Virus genome (UHGV): UHGV-0121717
Reading direction: 5' to 3' (one strand)
Origin: a virus
Length of the DNA: 20,903 nucleotides
The notes under the pieces were generated by a model. The model had not been told where the DNA came from and made no database searches. It was given only the letters and a program-made list of their open reading frames with translations. Shown one piece after another: positions 8,664-18,547 of the stretch. Made by a program: the position numbers and the translations under genes. The first letter of the stretch is position 1. Each line of letters begins with the position of its first letter.

Positions 8664-8853
8664 ACTGCAGGCGCTGCGTCAGGCGCGCCTTGATTTATTA
8701 ACCGGTAAACGGGTGGTGTCTGTCCAGAAAGATGGTCGCAGAATTGAATATACGGCGGCTTCTCTGGATGAGCTTAACCGGGCGATCAATGATGCGGAGT
8801 CGGTACTGGGGACAACCCGGCGTCGCCGTCGTCCGCTGGGAGTGAGGTTATGA
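8647..8853 (+). CDS. W: Head-tail joining / head completion protein W
   Basis: 68 aa; LTGKRVVSVQKDGRRIEYTAASLDEL matches lambda gpW ([26 protein letters not shown]). Overlaps the A stop. Confidence 0.85.
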   Translation: MVTVAELQALRQARLDLLTGKRVVSVQKDGRRIEYTAASLDELNRAINDAESVLGTTRRRRRPLGVRL

Positions 8854-10442
8854 AACGAACGCCTGTCCTGATTGATGTGAACGGCGTTCCGCTTCGTGAG
8901 AGTCTCAGCTACAACGGGGGCGGTGCAGGATTTGGCGGGCAAATGGCGGAGTGGTTGCCACCGGCGCAGAGTGCCGATGCGGCCCTGCTACCCGCGTTGC
9001 GTCTGGGGAATGCCCGGGCAGATGATCTGGTGCGCAATAACGGAATAGCGGCTAATGCGGTGGCTCTGCATAAGGATCACATTGTCGGGCATATGTTTCT
9101 GATCAGCTACCGTCCGAACTGGCGCTGGCTGGGGATGCGGGAGACCGCAGCAAAAAGCTTTGTCGATGAGGTGGAGGCGGCCTGGTCGGAATACGCCGAA
9201 GGGATGTTTGGCGAGATCGACGTGGAAGGAAAACGCACGTTCACGGAATTTATCCGTGAAGGTGTGGGCGTTCATGCGTTTAACGGCGAAATCTTTGTGC
9301 AGCCGGTCTGGGATACGGAAACCACGCAGTTATTCCGTACGCGTTTTAAAGCCGTGAGTCCGAAACGGGTGGACACGCCTGGACACGGTATGGGGAACCG
9401 TTTTCTGCGGGCCGGTGTGGAGGTCGATCGATATGGCCGTGCCGTCGCGTACCATATTTGTGAGGACGATTTTCCGTTCTCTGGTAGTGGACGATGGGAA
9501 CGGATCCCGCGTGAACTTCCCACCGGGCGTCCGGCCATGCTGCATATTTTCGAGCCGGTGGAGGACGGGCAGACCCGTGGGGCTAATCAGTTTTACAGCG
9601 TCATGGAACGGCTGAAGATGCTCGATTCCCTGCAGGCAACACAGCTTCAGTCGGCCATAGTGAAGGCGATGTATGCAGCGACGATTGAAAGTGAACTTGA
9701 TACCGAAAAGGCCTTTGAATATATCGCCGGTGCGCCGCAGGGGCAGAAGGATAATCCGCTTATTAATATTCTGGATAAGTTCTCCACCTGGTATGACACG
9801 AATAGCGTGACGCTGGGCGGTGTCAAAATTCCGCACCTTTTCCCCGGTGATGATCTGAAACTTCAGACCGCGCAGGATTCAGACAATGGATTTTCGGCGC
9901 TTGAACAGGCGCTGCTGCGGTATATCGCCGCCGGTCTTGGCGTTTCCTACGAACAGTTGTCCCGTGATTACTCGAAGGTCAGTTATTCAAGTGCCCGCGC
10001 ATCCGCCAATGAGTCGTGGCGCTATTTTATGGGGCGGCGAAAATTTATTGCGTCCCGGCTGGCCACGCAGATGTTTTCCTGCTGGCTGGAAGAGGCACTT
10101 CTTCGGGGGATTATTCGTCCGCCACGGGCACGTTTTGATTTTTATCAGGCGCGATCAGCCTGGTCACGGGCTGAGTGGATTGGAGCCGGAAGAATGGCCA
10201 TTGACGGGCTCAAGGAGGTTCAGGAATCAGTGATGCGCATTGAGGCCGGACTGAGCACGTATGAGAAAGAGCTGGCGCTGATGGGCGAGGATTATCAGGA
10301 CATTTTCCGCCAGCAGGTCAGGGAATCTGCAGAGCGGGAAAAAGCCGGACTCTCACGTCCGGTGTGGATAGCGCAGGCGTATCAGCAGCAGATAGCGGAG
10401 AGTCGCAGGCCGGAAGAGGAGACAACACCACGTGAGACGTAA
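8850..10442 (+). CDS. B: Portal protein
   Basis: 530 aa with extensive identity to lambda gpB (ARADDLVRNNG, FEPVEDGQTRGANQFYSVMERLKMLD, LLRYIAAGLGVSYEQLSR). ATGA overlap with W. Confidence 0.9.
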   Translation: MKRTPVLIDVNGVPLRESLSYNGGGAGFGGQMAEWLPPAQSADAALLPALRLGNARADDLVRNNGIAANAVALHKDHIVGHMFLISYRPNWRWLGMRETAAKSFVDEVEAAWSEYAEGMFGEIDVEGKRTFTEFIREGVGVHAFNGEIFVQPVWDTETTQLFRTRFKAVSPKRVDTPGHGMGNRFLRAGVEVDRYGRAVAYHICEDDFPFSGSGRWERIPRELPTGRPAMLHIFEPVEDGQTRGANQFYSVMERLKMLDSLQATQLQSAIVKAMYAATIESELDTEKAFEYIAGAPQGQKDNPLINILDKFSTWYDTNSVTLGGVKIPHLFPGDDLKLQTAQDSDNGFSALEQALLRYIAAGLGVSYEQLSRDYSKVSYSSARASANESWRYFMGRRKFIASRLATQMFSCWLEEALLRGIIRPPRARFDFYQARSAWSRAEWIGAGRMAIDGLKEVQESVMRIEAGLSTYEKELALMGEDYQDIFRQQVRESAEREKAGLSRPVWIAQAYQQQIAESRRPEEETTPRET

Positions 10443-11937
10443 TCTTTCACACATTATTGCCGCAGCATTCAATGAACCGCTGCTTCTGGAGCCCGCCTAT
10501 GCGCGGGTTTTCTTTTGCGCGCTCGGGCGCGAGATGGGGGCAGCAAGTCTTTCGGTACCACAACAGCAGGTACAGCTTGATGCTCCCGGAATGCTGGCTG
10601 AAACGGACGAGTACATGGCCGGAGGTAAACGACCGGCCCGTGTTTACCGGGTGGTGAACGGTATTGCGGTACTGCCGGTGAGCGGCACGCTGGTGCACCG
10701 GCTGGGGGGGATGCGGCCATTTTCCGGAATGACTGGCTATGACGGCATTGTCGCCTGTCTTCAGCAGGCAATGGCAGATAGCCAGGTGCGGGGCATACTG
10801 CTGGACATTGACAGTCCGGGCGGGCAGGCCGCCGGCGCGTTTGACTGCGCTGACATGATTTACCGCCTCCGTCAGCAGAAGCCGGTCTGGGCACTGTGCA
10901 ATGACACGGCCTGTTCTGCAGCCATGCTGCTGGCGTCGGCCTGCTCCCGACGGCTGGTTACCCAGACATCCCGTATCGGCTCCATTGGCGTGATGATGAG
11001 CCATGTCAGCTATGCCGGTCATCTGGCGCAGGCCGGTGTGGATATCACGCTGATTTATGCCGGGGCGCACAAGGTGGATGGCAATCAGTTTGAAGCGTTG
11101 CCGGCAGAGGTTCGCCAGGATATGCAGCAGCGGATTGATGCGGCGCACCGGATGTTTGCCGAAAAAGTGGCGATGTATACCGGGTTGTCTGTGGATGCGG
11201 TCACGGGAACAGAGGCCGCCGTTTTTGAAGGTCAGTCCGGCATTGAGGCCGGGCTGGCGGATGAATTAATCAATGCGTCGGATGCCATCAGTGTGATGGC
11301 CACGGCGCTGAACAGTAATGTCAGAGGAGGCACTATGCCGCAATTAACTGCAACGGAAGCCGCCGTGCAGGAGAACCAGCGAGTGATGGGGATCCTGACA
11401 TGCCAGGAAGCGAAAGGACGTGAACAGCTTGCCACGATGCTGGCAGGGCAACAGGGCATGAGCGTTGAACAGGCCCGGGCGATTCTGGCCGCGGCGGCAC
11501 CGCAGCAGCCGGTGGCATCCGCGCAGAGTGAAGCCGATCGCATTATGGCGTGTGAAGAAGCGAACGGTCGTGAACAACTGGCGGCAACGCTGGCGGCGAT
11601 GCCGGAGATGACGGTGGAAAAAGCCCGCCCGATCCTGGCGGCTGCACCACTGGCGGATGCCGGGCCCTCACTTCGTGATCAGATCATGGCCCTGGATGAG
11701 GCAAAAGGGGCAGAAGCGCAGGCTGAAAAACTGGCGGCCTGCCCGGGAATGACCGTGGAGAGCGCCCGGGCTGTGCTGGCTGCGGGATCAGGTAAGGCAG
11801 AACCGGTCTCTGCATCCACAACCGCCCTGTTTGAACATTTCATGGCGAACCATTCACCGGCTGCGGTCCAGGGGGGCGTGTCACAGGCGTCAGAAGACGG
11901 TGATGCGGACGTGAAAATGCTCATGGCCATGCCATGA
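10432..11937 (+). CDS. C: Prohead protease / scaffold (S49 ClpP-like domain plus Nu3-like C-terminal scaffold region)
   Basis: GTG start; AFNEPLLLEPAYARVFFCAL and the GIAVLPVSGTL...MTGYDGI...KPVWAL core match lambda gpC. The C-terminal region carries three tandem copies of a module present once in lambda C. Confidence 0.85.
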   Translation: MRRNLSHIIAAAFNEPLLLEPAYARVFFCALGREMGAASLSVPQQQVQLDAPGMLAETDEYMAGGKRPARVYRVVNGIAVLPVSGTLVHRLGGMRPFSGMTGYDGIVACLQQAMADSQVRGILLDIDSPGGQAAGAFDCADMIYRLRQQKPVWALCNDTACSAAMLLASACSRRLVTQTSRIGSIGVMMSHVSYAGHLAQAGVDITLIYAGAHKVDGNQFEALPAEVRQDMQQRIDAAHRMFAEKVAMYTGLSVDAVTGTEAAVFEGQSGIEAGLADELINASDAISVMATALNSNVRGGTMPQLTATEAAVQENQRVMGILTCQEAKGREQLATMLAGQQGMSVEQARAILAAAAPQQPVASAQSEADRIMACEEANGREQLAATLAAMPEMTVEKARPILAAAPLADAGPSLRDQIMALDEAKGAEAQAEKLAACPGMTVESARAVLAAGSGKAEPVSASTTALFEHFMANHSPAAVQGGVSQASEDGDADVKMLMAMP

Positions 11938-11973
11938 AGTCAGTGCTGAACATCAATACGAGGTTTTAACAAT

Positions 11974-12321
11974 ATGGTGACGAAAACCATCACTGAACAG
12001 CGTGCGGAAGTACGTATTTTTGCCGGTAATGATCCGGCTCACACCGCCACAGGCAGCAGCGGGATTTCCTCGGCAACACCGGCACTGACACCCCTGATGC
12101 TGGATGGGGCCACCGGGAAACTGGTGGTCTGGGACGGACAGAAAGCCGGTAGTGCGGTTGGCATACTGGTACTGCCGCTTGAAGGCACAGAGGCGGTGCT
12201 GACCTATTACAAGTCGGGGACCTTTGCGACGGAGGCAATCCGCTGGCCTGAAAGTGTGGATGAACACAAAAAGGCCAACGCCTTTACCGGCAGTGCCCTG
12301 AGTCACGCGGCGCTGCCGTAA
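11974..12321 (+). CDS. D: Head decoration protein D
   Basis: 115 aa; DPAHTATG...TPLMLD...KLVVWDG...AVGILV...YKSGTF aligns with lambda gpD. Confidence 0.85.
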   Translation: MVTKTITEQRAEVRIFAGNDPAHTATGSSGISSATPALTPLMLDGATGKLVVWDGQKAGSAVGILVLPLEGTEAVLTYYKSGTFATEAIRWPESVDEHKKANAFTGSALSHAALP

Positions 12322-12378
12322 CACGTTATCAGGCCACCGCGTTGGCCTGACTGATTTCTTAATGAAAGGAACTGATTT

Positions 12379-12552
12379 ATGGGATTGTTTACGACCCGCC
12401 AGTTACTCGGTTATACCGAACAAAAAGTTAAATTCCGTGCGCTGTTTCTGGAGCTGTTTTTCCGCCGTACGGTGAATTTCCACACCGAAGAGGTGATGCT
12501 GGACAAAATTACCGGAAAAACGCCGGTACCAGATACGTATTGCCGGTTATGA
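12379..12552 (+). pseudogene. E: Major capsid protein E, N-terminal 57-codon fragment (truncated)
   Basis: MGLFTTRQLLGYTEQKVKFRALFLELFFRRTVNFHTEEVMLDKI matches lambda gpE residues 1-45; homology then stops and the frame ends at TGA 12550-12552. AAAGGA ribosome-binding site retained. Confidence 0.75.
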
Positions 12553-13030
12553 CACGGCACCGGAGGCGGTGTACGCCCGTCTTCACGAACAGCTGGGTGA
12601 GGGAACGGTCATCCATATTGTGCCGCGACTGGCCGGGGCCGGAAAGGGTGGACTGCAGATTGTGCTGGGGGCGGCAGCCATCGTGGGCTCTTTCTTCACT
12701 GCCGGGGCATCAATGGCGTTATGGGGTTCAGCCCTGGCAGCCGGTGGTTTTTCTGCCACCACGATGCTGTTTTCACTTGGAGCCAGCATGATTCTGGGCG
12801 GTGTGGCCCAGATGCTGGCCCCGAAGGCAAAAACACCGGATTACCGCGCAACGGATAACGGCAGACAGAACACGTACTTTTCCTCGCTGGATAACATGAT
12901 TGCCCAGGGGAACCCGATGCCGGTGCCTTACGGGGAAATGCTGGTTGGCTCCCGCCGTATATCCCAGGACATCAGCACCCGTGATGAAGGCGGGGGCGGA
13001 AAGGTCGTGGTTATCGGGCGACAGGGATAA
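12497..13030 (+). pseudogene. I: Tail assembly protein I, C-terminal fragment fused out of frame to the E fragment
   Basis: A different frame from E reads ...RYQIRIAGYDTAPEAVYARLHEQLGEGTVIHIVPRLAGAGKGG...GGKVVVIGRQG*, aligning with the C-terminal two-thirds of lambda gpI. An in-frame stop lies at 12494-12496; the only candidate start is GTG 12569. Confidence 0.75.
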
Positions 13031-13205
13031 AACATAAAAAAATCCCGCAGTGATCGCGGAGCTGCGGGGACAGACAAATGAAGATCAATGTGAAGGAGTT
13101 GTTTTTGTTACTCGGGCAAAAAAACACTAACGCAGCGAAATTATACGCGCCACAGTCAGTGTGTGAAAATGTGAAGATATTCAGAAATTTTATTCCGTCA
13201 TGACG

Positions 13206-13235
13206 CAGGCACCCGGTGAGGTGCCTGTTGTTTTT
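13206..13235 (+). terminator. Terminator-like hairpin in an extra segment between the I fragment and J
   Basis: CAGGCACC-CGGTGA-GGTGCCTG followed by TTGTTTTT: 8-bp perfect stem, 6-nt loop, T-tract. Confidence 0.4.
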
Positions 13236-13270
13236 GTGAGTGAACAATTATCACGGTAAGAGGTGATGTA

Positions 13271-16200
13271 ATGGGCAAAGGTGGCGGCAAGGCGCACACA
13301 CCGCGTGAGGCGAAAGACAATCTCAAATCCACGCAGATGATGAGCGTGATTGATGCGATTGGTGAGGGACCGATAGAAGGCCCGGTGAAAGGCCTGCAGA
13401 GTATTCTGGTGAACAAAACCCCGCTGACGGACACGGACGGTAATCCCGTGATACACGGTGTGACCGCGGTCTGGCGTGCCGGGGAGCAGGAGCAGACACC
13501 ACCGGAAGGCTTTGAGTCCTCCGGCTCTGAAACTGTACTGGGTGTCGAAGTGACCAGGGAAAAACCGGTAACACGCACCATTACGTCAGCGAACATTGAC
13601 CGCCTGCGGGTGACCTTCGGGGTGCAGTCACTGGTGGAGACCACGTCAAAGGGTGACCGTAATCCGTCCTCTGTCCGTCTGCTGATTCAGTTACAGCGTA
13701 ACGGTAACTGGGTGACAGAAAAGGATGTCACCATTAACGGCAAGACCACCTCACAGTTCCTGGCCTCGGTGATTCTGGATAATCTGCCTCCCCGCCCCTT
13801 TAACATCCGGATGGTCAGGGAGACGGCGGACAGCACCACGGACCAGCTGCAGAACAGAACGCTGTGGTCGTCATACACCGAAATCATCGATGTGAAACAG
13901 TGCTACCCGAACACGGCCATTGTGGGGATGCAGGTGGATGCGGAGCAGTTTGGTGGTCAGCAGATGACGGTGAACTACCATATCCGCGGTCGCATCATCC
14001 AGGTGCCGTCAAACTATGACCCGGAAAAACGCACGTACAGTGGTATCTGGGACGGCAGTCTGAAACCGGCATACAGCAACAATCCGGCCTGGTGTCTGTG
14101 GGACATGCTGACTCACCCGCGCTACGGCATGGGAAAACGTCTGGGGGCGGCGGATGTGGACAAGTGGGCGCTGTATGCCATCGGGCAGTACTGCGACCAG
14201 ATGGTGCCGGATGGCTTCGGGGGCACCGAGCCGCGGATGACCTTCAATGCGTACCTGGCACAACAGCGTAAGGCGTGGGATGTTCTCAGTGATTTCTGCT
14301 CGGCGATGCGCTGTATGCCGGTATGGAACGGCCAGATTCTGACGTTTGTTCAGGACCGCCTGTCGGATGTGGTGTGGCCGTACACCAACAGCGATGTGGT
14401 GGTGGATGATAACGGCGTGGGGTTCCGCTACAGCTTCAGTGCCCTGAAGGACCGGCACACGGCGGTGGAGGTGAATTACACCGACCCGCAGAACGGCTGG
14501 CAGACCTCCACGGAACTGGTGGAAGACCCGGAAGCCATACTGCGCTACGGGCGCAATCTGCTGAAGATGGACGCGTTCGGCTGTACCAGCCGCGGTCAGG
14601 CCCACCGTGCCGGGCTGTGGGTGATAAAGACCGGACTGCTGGAAACGCAGACGGTGGATTTCACGCTCGGGTCACAGGGGCTGCGGCACACGCCCGGTGA
14701 CATCATTGAAATCTGTGATAACGACTATGCCGGGACCCTGACCGGCGGACGTATCCTGTCCATTGATGCCGCCAGCCGCACCCTGACACTGGACCGTGAG
14801 GTTACCCTGCCGCAGACCGGTACCGCCACGGTGAACCTGATTAACGGCAGCGGTAAGCCGGTGAGTGTGGACATCACGGCACAACCGGCCCCTGCCCGGA
14901 TACAGGTCAGTGCCCTGCCTGATGGCGTGGCGACATACGGTGTGTGGGGACTCTCCCTGCCGTCACTGCGCCGTCGCCTGTTCCGCTGTGTCGCCATCCG
15001 GGAAAACACGGACGGCACCTTTGCCATCACGGCGGTGCAGCACGTACCGGAAAAAGAAGCCATCGTGGATAACGGGGCCAGCTTTGAGCCGCAGTCAGGC
15101 ACCCTGAACAGCGTTATCCCTCCGGCAGTGCAGCACCTCACGGTGGAGGTGAGTGCCTCAGACGGCCAGTATCTGGCGCAGGCGAAATGGGACACGCCGC
15201 GGGTGGTGAAAGGTGTGAGCTTCAGTCTGCGTCTGACCAGCGGAAGGGGGGATGACAGCCGCCTGGTGACCACCGCCATCACCGCAGACACGGCGCACCG
15301 TTTCAGTGGTCTGCCGCCCGGGGAATACACCCTGACGGTCAGGGCGATTAACAGCTATGGCCAGCAGGGCGAACCTGCCACCACCACGTTCCGGATTGAC
15401 GCCCCGGCAGCGCCTGCCACCATTGAACTGATACCGGGGTATTTTCAGATAACGGCGGTCCCGAAACTGGCTGTATATGACCCGACGGTACAGTTTGAAT
15501 TCTGGTTTTCGGAACAGCAGATTGCGGATATCAGGCAGGTTGAAACCTCCGCCCGCTATCTTGGCACGGCGCTGTACTGGATAGCTGCCAGTATCAATAT
15601 CAAACCGGGCCATGATTATTACTTTTATATCCGCAGTGTGAACACCGTTGGCAAATCGGCATTTGTGGAGGCCGTCGGCCGGGCCAGCGATGATGCCGAA
15701 GGCTACCTGAATTTTTACAAAGGGCTGATTAATAAAACACATCTCGGTAAAGAGCTGCTGGAAAACGCTGAACTGACGGAAGATAACGCCAGCAGACTGG
15801 AGGCGTTTTCGAAAGAGTGGAAAGACGCTAACGATAAATGGAATGCCATGTGGGGCGTCAGAATTGAGCAGACCGAAGACGGTAAGCATTATGTCGCGGG
15901 GCTTGGCCTCAGCATGGAGGACACGGAGGACGGTAAACTGAGCCAGTTTCTGGTTGCCGCTAACCGTATCGCGTTTATTGACCCGGCAAACGGGAATGAA
16001 ACGCCGATGTTTGTGGCGCAGGGCAATCAGATATTCATGAACGACGTGTTCCTGAAATACCTGACGGCTCCCACCATTACCAGCGGCGGTAATCCTCCTG
16101 CATTTTCCCTGACACCGGACGGGCGGCTGACGGCGAAAAATGCTGATATCAGCGGTAACGTGAATGCGAATTCCGGGACGCTCAACAACGTCACGATTAA

Positions 16201-16660
16201 CGAGAACTGTCGGGTTCTGGGAAAACTGTCCGCGAACCAGATTGAAGGCGATCTCGTTAAAACAGTGGGCAAAGCTTTCCCCCGGGACTCCCGTGCACCG
16301 GAGCGGTGGCCATCAGGGACCATTACCGTCATGGTTTATGACGATCAGCCGTTTGACCGGCAGATTGTTATTCCGGCGGTGGCATTCAGTGGCGCTAAGC
16401 ATGAGAGAGAGCATACTGATATTTACTCCTCATGCCGTCTGATAGTGCGGAAAAACGGTGCTGAAATTTATAACCGTACCGCGCTGGATAATACGCTGAT
16501 TTACAGTGGCGTTATTGATATGCCTGCCGGTCACGGTCACATGACACTGGAGTTTTCGGTGTCAGCATGGCTGGTGAATAACTGGTATCCCACAGCAAGT
16601 ATCAGCGATTTGCTGGTTGTGGTGATGAAGAAAGCCACCGCAGGCATCAGTATCAGCTGA
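13271..16660 (+). CDS. J: Host-specificity / central tail fibre protein J
   Basis: 1129 aa, colinear with lambda gpJ with high identity over most of its length ([21 protein letters not shown]...). The last ~130 residues diverge from lambda. Confidence 0.9.
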   Translation: MGKGGGKAHTPREAKDNLKSTQMMSVIDAIGEGPIEGPVKGLQSILVNKTPLTDTDGNPVIHGVTAVWRAGEQEQTPPEGFESSGSETVLGVEVTREKPVTRTITSANIDRLRVTFGVQSLVETTSKGDRNPSSVRLLIQLQRNGNWVTEKDVTINGKTTSQFLASVILDNLPPRPFNIRMVRETADSTTDQLQNRTLWSSYTEIIDVKQCYPNTAIVGMQVDAEQFGGQQMTVNYHIRGRIIQVPSNYDPEKRTYSGIWDGSLKPAYSNNPAWCLWDMLTHPRYGMGKRLGAADVDKWALYAIGQYCDQMVPDGFGGTEPRMTFNAYLAQQRKAWDVLSDFCSAMRCMPVWNGQILTFVQDRLSDVVWPYTNSDVVVDDNGVGFRYSFSALKDRHTAVEVNYTDPQNGWQTSTELVEDPEAILRYGRNLLKMDAFGCTSRGQAHRAGLWVIKTGLLETQTVDFTLGSQGLRHTPGDIIEICDNDYAGTLTGGRILSIDAASRTLTLDREVTLPQTGTATVNLINGSGKPVSVDITAQPAPARIQVSALPDGVATYGVWGLSLPSLRRRLFRCVAIRENTDGTFAITAVQHVPEKEAIVDNGASFEPQSGTLNSVIPPAVQHLTVEVSASDGQYLAQAKWDTPRVVKGVSFSLRLTSGRGDDSRLVTTAITADTAHRFSGLPPGEYTLTVRAINSYGQQGEPATTTFRIDAPAAPATIELIPGYFQITAVPKLAVYDPTVQFEFWFSEQQIADIRQVETSARYLGTALYWIAASINIKPGHDYYFYIRSVNTVGKSAFVEAVGRASDDAEGYLNFYKGLINKTHLGKELLENAELTEDNASRLEAFSKEWKDANDKWNAMWGVRIEQTEDGKHYVAGLGLSMEDTEDGKLSQFLVAANRIAFIDPANGNETPMFVAQGNQIFMNDVFLKYLTAPTITSGGNPPAFSLTPDGRLTAKNADISGNVNANSGTLNNVTINENCRVLGKLSANQIEGDLVKTVGKAFPRDSRAPERWPSGTITVMVYDDQPFDRQIVIPAVAFSGAKHEREHTDIYSSCRLIVRKNGAEIYNRTALDNTLIYSGVIDMPAGHGHMTLEFSVSAWLVNNWYPTASISDLLVVVMKKATAGISIS

Positions 16661-16679
16661 ATTTTATAACCCATATAAG

Positions 16680-16703
16680 GGCACCAGAAATGGTGCCTTT
16701 TTT
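16680..16703 (+). terminator. Intrinsic terminator after J
   Basis: GGCACCA-GAAA-TGGTGCC followed by TTTTTT. Confidence 0.65.
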
Positions 16704-16727
16704 ATTGCAGAAAAGCGAGAGGTAATT

Positions 16728-17327
16728 ATGCGTAAATTATGTGCTGTTATTATGTCTGCAGTCGTCTGGCTGGCCGCTGCGGGTGCGCCAGCGGGTGCAG
16801 CAGAGAGTCACTCCACTCTGAGTGCCGGGTATCTTCATACCCATTCTGATATGTCCGGCAGTGATGATTTAACCGGATTCAACGTGAAATACCGCTATGA
16901 ATTTACGGACACGCTGGGGCTGGTGACGTCATTCAGCTATGCAGGAGACATGAATCGCCAGCTTACCCGTTACAGTGATAGCCGCTGGCATGAAGATTCC
17001 GTGCGTAACCGCTGGTTCAGCGTGATGGCGGGGCCGTCTGTACGCGTGAATGAATGGTTCAGCGCGTATGCGATGGCGGGTGTGGCTTACAGCCGTGTGT
17101 CGACTTTCTCCGGTGATTATCTTCGCGTAACTGACAACAAGGGGAAAACGCACGACGTGCTGACCGGAAGTGATGACGCTCGCCACAGCAACACGTCTCT
17201 GGCGTGGGGGGCTGGCGTGCAGTTTAACCCGGCCGAATCCGTGGCCGTTGATGTCGCTTATGAAGGCTGCGGAAGTGGCGACTGGCGCACTGACGGGTTC
17301 ATCGTGGGTGTTGGCTATAAATTCTGA
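16728..17327 (+). CDS. lom: Lom outer-membrane beta-barrel protein (Ail/Lom family)
   Basis: 199 aa with signal peptide; near-identical to lambda Lom over most of its length (STLSAGYLH, NVKYRYEFTDTLG, GFIVGVGYKF end). Confidence 0.9.
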   Translation: MRKLCAVIMSAVVWLAAAGAPAGAAESHSTLSAGYLHTHSDMSGSDDLTGFNVKYRYEFTDTLGLVTSFSYAGDMNRQLTRYSDSRWHEDSVRNRWFSVMAGPSVRVNEWFSAYAMAGVAYSRVSTFSGDYLRVTDNKGKTHDVLTGSDDARHSNTSLAWGAGVQFNPAESVAVDVAYEGCGSGDWRTDGFIVGVGYKF

Positions 17328-17353
17328 TTAGCCAGGTAACACAGTGTTATGAC

Positions 17354-17380
17354 AGCCCGCCGGTTCTGGTGGGCTTTTTT
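17354..17380 (+). terminator. Intrinsic terminator after lom
   Basis: AGCCCGCC-GGTTCT-GGTGGGCT followed by TTTTTT (one G-U pair in the stem). Confidence 0.55.
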
Positions 17381-17391
17381 GTGGGGGGAAT

Positions 17392-18540
17392 ATGTCAGTA
17401 CAGATTTCAGGTGTGCTGAAGGATGGTACAGGAAAACCGGTACCGAACTGCACCATAGAGCTGAAAGCCGTGAGAACCAGCGAGACGGTGATAGTCACCA
17501 CGGTGGCAGAGCACCAGCCAGGCGAAACGGGCAGTTACAGCATGCAGGTTGAGCCGGGGCGTTATCGTGTGACCTTGTGCGTGGAAGGTCGTCAGCCGGC
17601 ATGCGCCGGCGAGATTGATGTCATGGCCGACGACGAACCGGGCACCCTGAATGCCTTTCTGCTCCGTGAAACGGATGCAGCGTATTATCCTGATGCACTG
17701 AAGAAGCTGGAAGCGGCGGCGGATGAGGCTGTGCGCAGGGCGCGAGAAGCTGCTGAGAAAGCCGAAACTGCCGTGGGGCCACAGGGACTGAAAGGCGACA
17801 CCGGAGCAACTGGTCCACAGGGACAGAAGGGGGACAAGGGCGATACAGGCCCGGCAGGGCCACCGGGGCCGAAAGGGGATAAAGGTGACAAGGGCGATAA
17901 GGGGGATACAGGTCCGAAAGGTGAGCAGGGCGATCCGGGCGGACCACAGGGACCGAAGGGCGACAAGGGGGATACAGGCCCGGCAGGTCCACAGGGGCCG
18001 AAAGGGGATACGGGAGCTGCAGGCCCGGCAGGGCCTCAGGGGCCAAAAGGGGATACGGGAGCCGCAGGCCCGGCAGGGCCTCAGGGGCCAAAAGGGGATA
18101 CGGGAGCCGCAGGTCCGGCAGGACCTCAGGGGCCAAAGGGAGACACGGGAGCTACAGGTCCGGAAGGTCCGCAGGGACCGAAGGGAGATACGGGAGCTGC
18201 AGGCCCGGCAGGACCACAGGGGCCAAAAGGGGATACGGGAGACACAGGCCCGGCAGGACCACAGGGACCGTCAGGAAGTCCTGACAGCGGACTGTTTGGT
18301 GTCGGTTCTTTTGTCCTTGCGGCATATTATGCGACTAGTTATTCGGGGGATATGGCACCGGGCTCAGCCATTGCCGGCTCATCACTGTCTGCATGTTGCC
18401 TTTCGGATGGAACTCCTCTGATTGCTTCCGCCAGTTTGGGGGAGACCATTTTACCGGGCACGTGGCGTGCATGTGGTCCGGTAATATGGACATATGCTGT
18501 AGGTAAAAGACAGGCAGGATTATTTCAGCGCATATCATGA
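17392..18540 (+). CDS. stf: Side tail fibre protein with a long collagen-like Gly-X-Y domain
   Basis: N-terminus [26 protein letters not shown] matches the lambda Stf N-terminal domain. It is followed by about 56 Gly-X-Y triplets ([15 protein letters not shown]... repeated) and a ~90-aa C-terminal domain. Confidence 0.8.
   Translation: MSVQISGVLKDGTGKPVPNCTIELKAVRTSETVIVTTVAEHQPGETGSYSMQVEPGRYRVTLCVEGRQPACAGEIDVMADDEPGTLNAFLLRETDAAYYPDALKKLEAAADEAVRRAREAAEKAETAVGPQGLKGDTGATGPQGQKGDKGDTGPAGPPGPKGDKGDKGDKGDTGPKGEQGDPGGPQGPKGDKGDTGPAGPQGPKGDTGAAGPAGPQGPKGDTGAAGPAGPQGPKGDTGAAGPAGPQGPKGDTGATGPEGPQGPKGDTGAAGPAGPQGPKGDTGDTGPAGPQGPSGSPDSGLFGVGSFVLAAYYATSYSGDMAPGSAIAGSSLSACCLSDGTPLIASASLGETILPGTWRACGPVIWTYAVGKRQAGLFQRIS
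17776..18282 (+). repeat. Tandem 45-bp (15-aa) collagen-like coding repeats within stf
   Basis: At least five near-identical copies of GGCCCGGCAGGGCCTCAGGGGCCAAAAGGGGATACGGGAGCCGCA and diverged flanking copies. Strict G-X-Y periodicity with one interruption (GDPGGPQ). Confidence 0.85.
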
Positions 18541-18547
18541 GGAGGTC

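Noticed and set aside
10447-11148. 233-aa ORF on the minus strand
   Set aside because: Entirely antisense to the well-supported prohead protease gene C; a GC-rich frame artefact with no ribosome-binding site and no recognisable motif.
12330-12349. Hairpin CAGGCCA-CCGCGT-TGGCCTG between D and E, considered as a terminator
   Set aside because: No T-tract follows, and in lambda D-E are co-transcribed at high level; more likely an mRNA-stabilising or pause structure, if anything.
14009-15889. Three minus-strand ORFs of about 200-240 aa inside J
   Set aside because: Antisense to J, whose frame shows end-to-end homology to lambda J; typical spurious ORFs in GC-rich coding DNA.
17776-18282. Possible CRISPR array suggested by regular repeats
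   Set aside because: The repeats are 45 bp, contiguous without spacers, in frame within a coding sequence, and encode Gly-X-Y collagen-like triplets; no cas genes are present.
17621-18421. ORFs of 171, 93 and 178 aa overlapping the stf collagen region on both strands
   Set aside because: Produced by the low-complexity GC-rich Gly-X-Y repeat, which keeps alternative frames open; their translations are repetitive Pro/Arg/Gln strings.
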